A DNA stretch of 32,962 nt, filler included, from Occultella glacieicola (GTDB lineage Bacteria > Actinomycetota > Actinomycetes > Actinomycetales > Beutenbergiaceae): the NCBI RefSeq assembly GCF_004353825.1. It is 2 parts of 2 records of this genome, joined end to end, with 100 filler letters (N's around TTAATTAATTAA, not from the genome) between each part and the next. Parts side by side here need not be neighbours in the genome. Positions count along the whole stretch, not along the records: positions 1 to 21,842 come from NZ_SMNA01000022.1; 1 more part is not named here. The stretch is one strand, 5' to 3'. The position numbers and the translations under genes were made by a program. Of the stretch, positions 1 through 8,383 are shown piece after piece (position 1 is the first letter of the stretch; each line of letters opens with the position of its first letter). The notes under the pieces were generated by a model. The model was not told the origin of the DNA. It worked only from the letters and a program-made list of their open reading frames with translations, and searched no databases.

Positions 1-1118
1 CCCGGGCCACCGGCGAGCCGACCGGCCGCGCCGGCCGCACCGGCGCCGAGCGCGCCACCGACGCCGAGTCCACCGCCGACGCCGCCGCCGATGCCGCCAC
101 CGGGACCACCGATCGCACCGCCACCGATGCCGCCGGGACCACCGATGCCGGGCCCGAGCGCCCCGGGCCCGAGGCCACCGCCACCCCCGACGCCACCGTC
201 GGCCGATGTGTCGTCGTCACCCGGGTTCCAGCGGTCGTCCGGGTTCCACGGGTCGTTCCCGCCAGGGTTGTTGGGGTCGTACGGGGGGTTGTTGTCGATC
301 GGCGGGTTGTTGGGGTCGTACGGGGGGTTGTTGGGGTCGTACGGGGGGTTGTTGTCGATCGGTGGGTTGTTGGGGTCGTACGGGGGGTTGTTGTCGATCG
401 GTGGGTCGTTGGGGTCGTACGGCGGCGGGTCGAGGACCGGCGGCTCGTTCACGTTGCCCGGACCCGGCAGCGGGGTCCCGGGGCCACCCGGCACGTTCGG
501 GTTGCCGGTCGGGTTCGTCGTGGACGGCGGCGTGTGCGAGCCGGGCGGGGTGATCTCCGGTTGCCGACGCTCACCCGGGTTCCAATCCTCCGGGTTCGCG
601 CCCGGCGGCAGGTAGGAGCTCTCCATGGACGTGTTCAGGGCGTTCATCGCCTGGGTGGCCTGGTCCTCCCGGGCCTCGTCCCAGTTCTCCAGCCAATGGT
701 TCGTCGCCACTGCTGCCGTGACGGCGCCGACTCCACCGAGGACGATCATGCCACCGGCGGCCGCAGCGGCCTCGATGGCGCGCTTCTGCCACCAGTTCAG
801 CTCCTTGGGCGGCAGGTTCTCGTACGCCTCGCGCGCATTGTTGATCGCGTCGAGCGCGTAGTTGGTGCTCGACTTGGCCTGGCTGAGGTCGCCCGCGGTC
901 GTGCTCAGCGTCGAGGCCAGCGAGATCATCTGGGTCCATGCGGCGGTGCCGGTCTCGCCCTCGGCGCCGCTGTCGGCGCCGATGTTCTGCACGCTCTGGG
1001 CCGCCTCGGTCAGCGACGTGGAGTGGCCCCCCAGGGTGTCCACGTCGGTCCGTGCGGTCGTGAGCTTGTTCGAGTCGATCTGACTGATCTGTTCCAGATA
1101 GTCCGTGTTCACACCCAT
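1..1118 (-). CDS. Putative T7SS substrate (PPE/EspB-like architecture): helical N-terminus, Pro/Asn/Asp tandem repeats, Gly-rich tail; 3' end outside window
   Basis: Not in the ORF track. Manual translation from ATG 1118 (GGAGG upstream, 1 nt after the mycosin stop) gives MGVNTDYLEQISQIDSNKLTTARTDVDTLGG...PPYDPNNPPIDNN...GGGIGGG, open to position 1. Lies in the esx operon. Confidence 0.8.
   Translation of the reverse strand, partial: MGVNTDYLEQISQIDSNKLTTARTDVDTLGGHSTSLTEAAQSVQNIGADSGAEGETGTAAWTQMISLASTLSTTAGDLSQAKSSTNYALDAINNAREAYENLPPKELNWWQKRAIEAAAAAGGMIVLGGVGAVTAAVATNHWLENWDEAREDQATQAMNALNTSMESSYLPPGANPEDWNPGERRQPEITPPGSHTPPSTTNPTGNPNVPGGPGTPLPGPGNVNEPPVLDPPPYDPNDPPIDNNPPYDPNNPPIDNNPPYDPNNPPYDPNNPPIDNNPPYDPNNPGGNDPWNPDDRWNPGDDDTSADGGVGGGGGLGPGALGPGIGGPGGIGGGAIGGPGGGIGGGVGGGLGVGGALGAGAAGAAGRLAGGP
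267..425 (-). repeat. Intragenic tandem repeat: five 21-bp units (PPYDPNN/D) and three 18-bp units (PPIDNN)
   Basis: + strand units GTTGTTGGGGTCGTACGGGGG and GTTGTTGTCGATCGG(C/T)GG are directly visible. Confidence 0.95.
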
Positions 1119-1119
1119 G

Positions 1120-2532
1120 TCACATTCCTCCATGCTGGGTCGGTGGTGGCTGTCGTGGTGGTGCCGGCGGGGCAGTGCCCTGTTCGCTCGGTGACGACGC
1201 AGGTGGCTGACCCTGCGGCGGATACGGCGGTTGGCCTTGCGGCGGATACGGTTGCGGGCCCGGCGCGGGATAGGCCTGGGGCGATCCCGTCGTCCCCGGC
1301 CCGGTACCGCTGCGGCGCCGGTTCCGGGTGGCGCCGACGATCAGGCCGACCACCACCAGGAGCGTGAGTGCTCCGGCGACACCGACGATCACGGGGACCA
1401 GGCTCGAGCCGGATCCGGAGTCGGTGTTCCCGGGTTCCTCGCTCGCGCCGGGCGCCGGCTCGCTGGACGGCTCGCCGGCGGTGCCCTCGATCTGCGCGAT
1501 GCTGGGCACCGCGTTCGGGTCGTCGCGGACCAGCGGGTTGACGTCCTCGAACGTGGTCGGGTCCGTCGCCATCAGCCCGGGCACCGACACCAGCCCGTAG
1601 CCGGTGTTGTCGTCCCGGGCGGGTTCGTGCGCGGTGCCACCGGTGGTCCGGATGAGCGACTGGATGAGCTGGTTGCCGGTCGCCTCCGGGAAGGCGGACT
1701 TCGCCAGCGCCAGGGCACCCGACGTGAAGGCGGTGGCCTCCGAGGTGCCCGAGGTGAGCCATTGGGCGTTCCAGGCGCCGTTCTCCCATCCGGTCCGAAC
1801 GATCTCGACACCCGGGGCGACGACCGTGAGCAGGGGGCTGGCGACGGGGGAGTCCAGGAGGTCGCCATTGATGTCGTGCGCCTCGACCGTGACGATCCCG
1901 TTCGCGGAGGCGGGCCAGCCGAGCTCACTCGGTGGCTCGTTGGGCATGGAGTTGACGATGACCACGCCGGCGCGCAGGGCTTCGGCGACCGCCTCCCCGT
2001 TGCCGTCGTTGAAGTTGGCGCTGAACGACATGCTGATGATGTCCGCCCCTGCCGCCACGGCGGCCCGGATGGACTCGTCGACCAGTCCGGTGCAGCCCTG
2101 TTCGTCGACGCTGGTCACGTAGCTGAGGATGGTGGCATCCGGGGCGACCCCTTGCGGCCCCGGGAACCCGTCCACCTCCGCGCCGTTGCCGACCAGGATC
2201 TCCGCCATCGACGTGCCGTGCTCGGCCTCGGCCCCCGTGCTCGTACCGGGGAACGTCGCGCCGTTGTCGGCGCACACGTGGTCGGGCTGGGTCTGGATGT
2301 CCGTGCCCACGAGCGTGGGCACGTCGACATTGATCGGGGTGTCCAGCAGGGCGATCGTCACGCCCGCACCGGTGGCGGTCCCATGCGCCTGCGCCACGCC
2401 GGTCTCGCTGTAGTACCAGAGGCCGCCGAGACTGGTGTCCCAGTCCGCGGCCGCCGGGAGCGCGGCCAGACCGACCAGCACCGAGGCCGTCACCGTGGCG
2501 GTGAGTGCCGTGACGGTTCTGCTCGGCCTCAT
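1120..2532 (-). CDS. mycP: Mycosin-like S8 subtilisin serine protease with C-terminal TM helix
   Basis: ATG 2532 overlaps the upstream stop (TGATG). Signal peptide; triad motifs IALLDT, HGTSMA, SGTSEATAFTSG; GYGLV; TM helix followed by RNRRR and a Pro/Gln tail. Confidence 0.85.
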   Translation of the reverse strand: MRPSRTVTALTATVTASVLVGLAALPAAADWDTSLGGLWYYSETGVAQAHGTATGAGVTIALLDTPINVDVPTLVGTDIQTQPDHVCADNGATFPGTSTGAEAEHGTSMAEILVGNGAEVDGFPGPQGVAPDATILSYVTSVDEQGCTGLVDESIRAAVAAGADIISMSFSANFNDGNGEAVAEALRAGVVIVNSMPNEPPSELGWPASANGIVTVEAHDINGDLLDSPVASPLLTVVAPGVEIVRTGWENGAWNAQWLTSGTSEATAFTSGALALAKSAFPEATGNQLIQSLIRTTGGTAHEPARDDNTGYGLVSVPGLMATDPTTFEDVNPLVRDDPNAVPSIAQIEGTAGEPSSEPAPGASEEPGNTDSGSGSSLVPVIVGVAGALTLLVVVGLIVGATRNRRRSGTGPGTTGSPQAYPAPGPQPYPPQGQPPYPPQGQPPASSPSEQGTAPPAPPRQPPPTQHGGM

Positions 2533-2864
2533 CAGGCCGCGTCGAGTGCGGTCTTGATCGCCTGCAACCGGGCCGCGACGCCCTCGTCGAGATTCTTCAT
2601 GTCCCTGGCGTAGGCGGCGAGTTCCTCGTGCATCGTGGTCATCGTCTCGACGGACGTGTTCAGGCTGGTCTCCGTGGTCGTCAGCAACCCGCGCAGCCGG
2701 CCCGAGTAGCCGGTCGGCGACGGGACCGCGGACCAGGTGTTCGTGTCCTGGCGGTCGCGGATCGCCTTGACGTCGGGCAGCAGTTTGCTCACCTCGTCCA
2801 CGAGCGTCTCCAACTGCCCGATTCGGTGCGTGAGGACCTCTGGGGTGATCTCGGTCTGTCCCAT
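2532..2864 (-). CDS. Small helical WXG100-like / T7SS-target protein (110 aa)
   Basis: About 100 aa, helix-turn-helix-like pattern with a central W (NTWSA); GGAG RBS; in the esx operon; lacks a canonical WxG. Confidence 0.65.
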   Translation of the reverse strand: MGQTEITPEVLTHRIGQLETLVDEVSKLLPDVKAIRDRQDTNTWSAVPSPTGYSGRLRGLLTTTETSLNTSVETMTTMHEELAAYARDMKNLDEGVAARLQAIKTALDAA

Positions 2865-2915
2865 GACGGTGATTCTCCGTGTCGTGATCGGTGGTGTTGA
2901 TCTCTCGCCAAGAAA

Positions 2916-2956
2916 GACGGCACACGCCGAAGCCCGCGGGCTTCGGCGCGACCGTC
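2916..2956 (-). terminator. Probable intrinsic terminator or stabilising hairpin after the esx pair
   Basis: Perfect 24-bp palindrome CGCCGAAGCCCGCGGGCTTCGGCG (2925-2948), outer GACGG/CCGTC pairing, followed by TTTCTT on the minus strand. Confidence 0.7.
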
Positions 2957-2980
2957 AAGCTTGGCAGCCTGCGGCCGGAC

Positions 2981-3265
2981 TCACTGGAAGCGAGCGGCGT
3001 TCTGGTTCTCGGTGGACTGGTAGTCCTGGCCACCCTGACCCACGGCGGTACCGATCTCGGTCAGCAGGGCCTTCATGTCCGTGATCGCGGTGGTCCACTG
3101 GGACTTCGCGGTCTGGTAGGACTCGGCGGCCGCACCGGTCCAGTCCGCACGCAGCGGCTGGAGCTGGGAGTCCATGTCGGCGAGCTGCTGCTCGATCTTG
3201 TTCGCGCCGCCGACGATGTCCGCGCTCGCGGTGGCAATGCCCTCGAAATTGGCCTTGAACGTCAT
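2981..3265 (-). CDS. WXG100 family (ESAT-6/EsxA-like) protein
   Basis: 94 aa; central WTG; C-terminal YQSTE (YxxxD/E); GAGG RBS. Confidence 0.93.
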   Translation of the reverse strand: MTFKANFEGIATASADIVGGANKIEQQLADMDSQLQPLRADWTGAAAESYQTAKSQWTTAITDMKALLTEIGTAVGQGGQDYQSTENQNAARFQ

Positions 3266-3296
3266 ATCTGTTCCTCAGTTCCTGGTGAGCGGGCGG

Positions 3297-3608
3297 TCAG
3301 CCGAGACGGCCCTGGAGACGGGACATGGCGGAGCTGGCCTGCTCGTCGGAGGAGGTGTAGCTGCTCTGCGACGCCTGCAGGTTCTGCTCGAACGTGTCGA
3401 GGCTGGTGATGATCTTGCGTGCGTCCGTGCGCCACCGCTCCATGAGCGAGGCGAACGCGGTCGCGGCCTGACCCTGCCACTGTGCGCCGATGCCGGAGAG
3501 GCGACCCTCGAGCGAGGAGAGCTCACCGTTCAGCGTGATCTTTGATTCGGCAACGATCCTCGCGCCGCGTGCCAGTGCACCGTCTGCTGCGGAGACTTCC
3601 TGTCCCAC
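3297..3608 (-). CDS. WXG100 family (CFP-10/EsxB-like) protein
   Basis: GTG 3608 preceded by GGAGG; central WQG; C-terminal YTSSD secretion motif; 103 aa. Confidence 0.93.
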   Translation of the reverse strand: MGQEVSAADGALARGARIVAESKITLNGELSSLEGRLSGIGAQWQGQAATAFASLMERWRTDARKIITSLDTFEQNLQASQSSYTSSDEQASSAMSRLQGRLG

Positions 3609-3699
3609 AGTCACCTCCAAGTTCATGGGCCTCTCGGCCCGTGTGTCCATGAACCACCGGTTGGCAGCCCATCACCGAATACCCCCGGTGAATGACCTC

Positions 3700-3804
3700 A
3701 CCTTACGAAACCCGATGGGGTGCGTCGATGGGGAGAGGTCCCCGCGGGACCGGGCCCGAACCTGCGGGCGTGGCTGCGGCGGTGGCGTGCGTCGTGGCTA
3801 TGCT
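3700..3804. promoter_or_regulatory. Divergent promoter region between the esx operon and the eccD operon
   Basis: TANNNT -10 candidates: TAAGGT (minus, 3700-3705) and TATGCT (plus, 3799-3804). Confidence 0.4.
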
Positions 3805-3836
3805 GACGGGGGCCACCAGTAGGTAGAGGGATATCG

Positions 3837-5204
3837 ATGACCGAACTTTCCAGCGCCGAGCGCGCGCTCGGCCAACTCCTGCGCGTCTCGGTGGTCGCCG
3901 GTGACCGTCGGCTCGACCTCGCCGCCCCGGGCGGGGTACCGGTCGCGGAGCTCGTCCCCGGGCTCGCCCGGAACCTCAACCTCCTCGACCCTGCGACGGT
4001 GTTCGGTGGGTACCGGTTGGTCCGACAGCAGGGTGGTGCCCTCGAGGGGGCCCGGAGCCTGCAGGCGCAGGGCGTCCAGGACGGCGACGTGCTGACCCTG
4101 ACCTCGGGCGCGGACATCGACGAGCACCGGGTCTACGACGACCTGGTGGAGGCGGTCGCGGACGTCGTCGAGAGCGACGACAAGCCCTGGACGCCCAAGG
4201 ATGCGGCCACGACGGCGGTGCTGGCCGCCGTGGCGCTGCTCGTCACCGGTGCGATCCTGCTCTTCGGGGCGGGACCGGCCACCGGCACCGGCACCGGGAC
4301 CGTGTTCGTGCCGGTGACGGCGGCGCTGGCCGCCACGCTGCTGGTCGTCAGCGCGCTCGTGGTGGAGCGGGTCGGCGGCCCGCCGGCGGCCCCGGTGGCC
4401 CTGGTCCAGGTGGCGGCGATCTACGGCGGGCTGGCCGGGTTTGGCGCGCTCGGGGCGAGTGACCCCTGGGGTGCGGGGGCCGCGGGCGCGGGCGGCGGCG
4501 CCCTCGTCGTCGGCCTGCTCGGTCTGATCGCGCTGCGCGAGCGACGCGAGTACTCGATCATCCCGATCGTGGTCGGCGCCGTCATCGGCGTCGCGGGGTT
4601 GGTCATGTGGTTCTTCGACACCACCCCGGGGACCACGTTCGCCGTGGCCGTCGCGGTGGTCGGGGTCGCCGGTATCGGGGTGCCCTGGGTGGCACTCGCG
4701 ACCACCCCCCTGCAGATCGTCAGCGCCCGCGACGACGCCGAGATCCTCGCCGACCCCGGTGAGATCGACCGGGCCCAGGTCTCCCGCGAGTACGCCCGGG
4801 GACACAGGTTCCAGGTCGGGCTGCGGATCGCCGTCGGTGTGGTCATGCTGATCGCCGTGCCCGTCGTGGTCGGGACCGGCCTGCTGGGGGCCCTGCTGAT
4901 GGCGGTGGCGTTCGGCGGCATGATCCTGAGTGTCCGGGAGACCTACTCGCGGTCCGACATCGTCGCGGTGATGACGATCGCGATCCTCGGGGTGGTCCTC
5001 ACCGGGGTGGCCGCGGCGATCCTGCACCCGGACTGGCGGACCGGGCTGACCGTGGCGGTCGGCGTGGTCGCCGCGGCCGTCGTTGGGCTGACCCTGGTGT
5101 CCCCGAGGCCGCGGCTGTGGCTCGGCCGGCTGGCGGACGGCGCCGAGCTGGGCGCGCTCGCGGCGCTCCTGCCGTTGGCCGCGCTCGCCTCCGGGTTGGC
5201 GTGA
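3837..5204 (+). CDS. eccD: Type VII secretion integral membrane protein EccD
   Basis: N-terminal ubiquitin-like domain (RLDLAAP..PVAELVP..SLQAQGVQDGDVLTL), then YDDLVEAVA and many TM helices. Confidence 0.88.
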   Translation: MTELSSAERALGQLLRVSVVAGDRRLDLAAPGGVPVAELVPGLARNLNLLDPATVFGGYRLVRQQGGALEGARSLQAQGVQDGDVLTLTSGADIDEHRVYDDLVEAVADVVESDDKPWTPKDAATTAVLAAVALLVTGAILLFGAGPATGTGTGTVFVPVTAALAATLLVVSALVVERVGGPPAAPVALVQVAAIYGGLAGFGALGASDPWGAGAAGAGGGALVVGLLGLIALRERREYSIIPIVVGAVIGVAGLVMWFFDTTPGTTFAVAVAVVGVAGIGVPWVALATTPLQIVSARDDAEILADPGEIDRAQVSREYARGHRFQVGLRIAVGVVMLIAVPVVVGTGLLGALLMAVAFGGMILSVRETYSRSDIVAVMTIAILGVVLTGVAAAILHPDWRTGLTVAVGVVAAAVVGLTLVSPRPRLWLGRLADGAELGALAALLPLAALASGLA

Positions 5205-5208
5205 TCGC

Positions 5209-6591
5209 GTGGCCACCAAGAAGGAACTGATCGCTGCCCAGAACTTCAGCCGACGGCGGCTGCTCACCGCGTTCGTCAGCGGCGCCCCGGGTGGCCGCGA
5301 GCTCGAGCCGGCCAAGCCGCTCGTCGGGGTGGTGGCCGGTGGCGTGCTCAGCGTGCTCGTGGTGGTCGGATCCCTCATCGCGGGCTTCTTCACCGGGAGC
5401 CTCCCGGACGGCTGGGAGGACAGTTCGCTCGTGGTCGTGGACACCGGGGCCCGCTACGTCGCCCGGGCGGGCACCCTCTACCCGGTCGCCAACATCACCA
5501 GCGCCCAGCTCCTCGCCACCGGCGAGGACGGGCAGTTGCTCGTCGTGCAGGCCAGCGAGGAGGACCTCGAGGGCCTTCCGCGCAGCTCGGTGGTGGTGGG
5601 GATCGAGGGTGCCCCGGATGCGCTGCCCCCGGCCGACTCGCTGATCAACGTCGGGTGGTGGGCCTGCGCGCGGGACGCCGAGCGGACCTGGGTGGACCTG
5701 AACACCGCACACGCCGCCGTCGAGGACCCGCGGGGTGCACTCGTGACGGTCGACGGCACGTTCTTCTACGTCAGCGGCGGGTATCGCTACCAGGTCGCCG
5801 AGGAGGACCTGACCGCACTCAGCCTGTTCCTCGGGTTCTCCGCCACCGGCGCCTACGAGGTCTCCGCGCGGTGGCTGAACCTGTTCACGGAGGGCACCCC
5901 GATCGAGCGGCTGGACGTACCGGGTGCCGGCGACCCGCTGCCCGGTCCGGCCGCGCAGATCGGCGGTGAGCTCCAGGTCGGCAGCGTGGTGCGGCTGCGC
6001 AGTGCCAGCGGTGACACCGGAGCGGTGCACGTGTTCACCTCCGACGGTGCCCTCGTCGAGCTGAGCAACGTCGCCCTCGAGCTCTACTACATGGGCACCG
6101 GGCTCACCCCGGACGACGTCGTCACCCTGGACAACTCCGAGGTGCAGCAGGTGCCGATCGAGGACTCCACCGGACTCGTGCCGACGGACTGGCCCACCGA
6201 TGCCCTGGCCCCGGTGGACGGCACCCTGCTGCCGTGTGCCCAGCTGGTCGGCGCGGACGACCCGGCGTCGGCGGGCGCACCGAGCAACGTGGCGCTCGTC
6301 GCCGCCGAGACCCCGGAGGCCGGCGACACGGACGTCACGGTCGCGCCGGGCGCGGGCGCCCTGGTCCAGCTGGACGGCGGCGGCACCCAGGGCGGCTATG
6401 CCCTCATCGACGAGCGTGGCCGGATGTACCCGATCCCCGTGACCAGCACCGACGTGATCCAGTTGCTCGGCTACGGCGAGGTCGAGATCCCACGCGTCTC
6501 GCAGTTCTGGGCGGCGCTGTTCCCCGCCGGTCCCACGCTCACCGTGGAGGCCGCCAGTGAGGGCATGAGCGCAGCCGCCGGGCCGTCGTGA
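5209..6591 (+). CDS. eccB: Type VII secretion protein EccB
   Basis: N-terminal MATKKELIAAQNFSRRRLLTAF; single TM helix; LYPVANITSAQL; GIEGAPDALP; C-terminal LLGY..W..LFPAGPTL. Confidence 0.9.
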   Translation: MATKKELIAAQNFSRRRLLTAFVSGAPGGRELEPAKPLVGVVAGGVLSVLVVVGSLIAGFFTGSLPDGWEDSSLVVVDTGARYVARAGTLYPVANITSAQLLATGEDGQLLVVQASEEDLEGLPRSSVVVGIEGAPDALPPADSLINVGWWACARDAERTWVDLNTAHAAVEDPRGALVTVDGTFFYVSGGYRYQVAEEDLTALSLFLGFSATGAYEVSARWLNLFTEGTPIERLDVPGAGDPLPGPAAQIGGELQVGSVVRLRSASGDTGAVHVFTSDGALVELSNVALELYYMGTGLTPDDVVTLDNSEVQQVPIEDSTGLVPTDWPTDALAPVDGTLLPCAQLVGADDPASAGAPSNVALVAAETPEAGDTDVTVAPGAGALVQLDGGGTQGGYALIDERGRMYPIPVTSTDVIQLLGYGEVEIPRVSQFWAALFPAGPTLTVEAASEGMSAAAGPS

Positions 6592-7841
6592 GCCCCCATT
6601 GGCTCCGTCGGGGTCTGGCCGCCCTCGCGGCCGCGACCCTGGGCACCACCCTGCTGATCGCTCAGCCGGTCGCGCCCGCCCACGCCACGAGTTCCAGCCA
6701 GGACTGCTCCACCGACACGCCGGCGCTCGTGGCCGCCTCACCACCCGCGTTCGACGCGTTGGGGGTCCGGCAGGCCTGGGAACTGGCGACCGGTGCCGGG
6801 ACGGTCGTGGCGGTCGTCGACTCCGGCGTCAACGTGGCCAACGTCCATCTCCGCGAGGGTGTGCTGCCCGGGGTGAACCTGGTTCGTGGGACGGATCCGG
6901 CGACCACCGACGCGGAGGGTCACGGCACCGTGGCGGCGAGCGTCATCGCCGCGCGCGGGGTCGAGGGCTCCGGTCTGATGGGGGTGGCGTTCGAGGCCGA
7001 GATCCTGCCGGTCCGGGTCTACTACGCCACCAGCGAGGAGGCGCAGGAGCAGGGGGTCGCGCTGACCGCGGACCGGATCGCCGCCGGGATCCGGTGGGCG
7101 GCGGAGAACGGCGCCGACGTCATCAACGTCTCGCTGAGCACCACCGAGAACGTCCCTGCGATGGCCGAGGCGGTCCGGGTGGCGACCGCGAACGGCGCGC
7201 TCGTGGTGGCCAGCGCGGGCAACCGCGAGACGTCCACCGTGGCCGAGGACGTCCCCAGGTACCCGGCCGCGTATCCGGGGGTGCTCGGCGTCAGCGCCGT
7301 CGACGTGAACGGGGCCTGGGTCCCGGGAGCCTCGTACACGGGGGAGTGGGTGGACGTGGTCGCCACCGGGCAGCAGGTTCCCGCCGCCTTCCACTGGGCC
7401 GGTGACTGCGTCCAGGCCCCTGGTGACGCGCTGCCGTCGTCGAGCTGGGCCACGGCCTACGTGTCCGGAGCCGCCGCGCTCGTCGCCCAGGCGCACCCGG
7501 GCGAGACCCCCGATCAATGGGCCCACCGGCTGATGGTGACGGCCTCGCGGTCGCAGCCCGCGGACCGCGACGACCGGGTCGGCTGGGGCCTGGTGCAGCC
7601 GGTCGCGGCCATCGAGTTCATCGACGACGGCTCGGCGCCCGGCCCGGCGTCCCCGATCCACCCCGCGCCCGAACCGGCGCCGGCGCCCACCTCGGGGATC
7701 GACCTGAGCCCGATCGAGGACCCGATGGCTCCGACGCGGGCGATCGCGTTGTGGTGGATGATCGGCGGTGTCGCATTCGGTGCCCTGGTCGTGCTGATCG
7801 CCCGCCTCGGGTCGGCCCGGCGCCCGGCACGTCGGCGCTAA
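6588..7841 (+). CDS. mycP: Mycosin (T7SS-associated S8 serine protease)
   Basis: GTGA overlap with eccB; VAVVDSGV, GHGTVAAS, ASAGN, YPAAYPGV, SSSWATAYVSG, GWGLV; C-terminal TM helix. Confidence 0.9.
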   Translation: MSPHWLRRGLAALAAATLGTTLLIAQPVAPAHATSSSQDCSTDTPALVAASPPAFDALGVRQAWELATGAGTVVAVVDSGVNVANVHLREGVLPGVNLVRGTDPATTDAEGHGTVAASVIAARGVEGSGLMGVAFEAEILPVRVYYATSEEAQEQGVALTADRIAAGIRWAAENGADVINVSLSTTENVPAMAEAVRVATANGALVVASAGNRETSTVAEDVPRYPAAYPGVLGVSAVDVNGAWVPGASYTGEWVDVVATGQQVPAAFHWAGDCVQAPGDALPSSSWATAYVSGAAALVAQAHPGETPDQWAHRLMVTASRSQPADRDDRVGWGLVQPVAAIEFIDDGSAPGPASPIHPAPEPAPAPTSGIDLSPIEDPMAPTRAIALWWMIGGVAFGALVVLIARLGSARRPARRR

Positions 7842-7848
7842 GGACCCG

Positions 7849-8367
7849 ATGAGCCGGGTGCTCCTGATGTGCGGCCCGGCCGGTGCCGGGAAGTCCACGC
7901 CCGACCGCGGACTCGAGGGCCGGGGCTGGTGCGGCTGTCGATGGACCGGGAGGCGTGGCGGCGCGGTCACCGCGAGATGCCGCTACCCGCGCCCGTGCAC
8001 CGCGACATCGAGGCGTCCCTGCGCGAGCGTCTTGTCGCACTCGTGAACCGGGACCCGGGACGTGGTCCTGGACCTCTCGTTCTGGTCGCGTCGGGTGCGG
8101 GAGGACTACCGGGCGCTGGTGCGCCCCCTCGGAGTCGAGCCGGTGACCGTCCATCTGACCACGAACCGCGCCACCGCACTGGCGCGGATGCGGACCCGCG
8201 CCGCGGGCCACGGTGACGACTTCCGGCTGAGCGAGGACCTGGCCGCCACCTACTTCGACCACTTCGAGGTGCCGGTACCCGAGGAGGGGCCGCTCGTGAG
8301 CTACAACTCGGGCGAGGACCCTCCCGAGCGGTGGGTCAGCGCGATCGAGCAGGTCCTCGAGCCCTGA
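7849..8367 (+). pseudogene. AAA_33-like P-loop kinase/ATPase with two frameshifts (or sequencing errors)
   Basis: Walker A CGPAGAGKST in frame 7849. The protein continues as VRLSMDREAW in frame 7869 (from about 7929), then as VVLDLSFWSR..R in frame 8062. Confidence 0.75.
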
Positions 8368-8383
8368 TATGGCCCGGTAGGGC

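Noticed and set aside
267..425. Possible CRISPR array
   Set aside because: Units are contiguous multiples of 3 with no unique spacers, lie inside a coding frame, and no cas genes are present.
91..615. Plus-strand ORF with GGLLGSY repeats
   Set aside because: Antisense shadow of the minus-strand gene 1-1118, which has an RBS and operon context.
2533..3033. N-terminal extension of the 637-aa protease ORF
   Set aside because: Overlaps the 110-aa gene, the hairpin and an esx gene; the signal peptide starts at ATG 2532.
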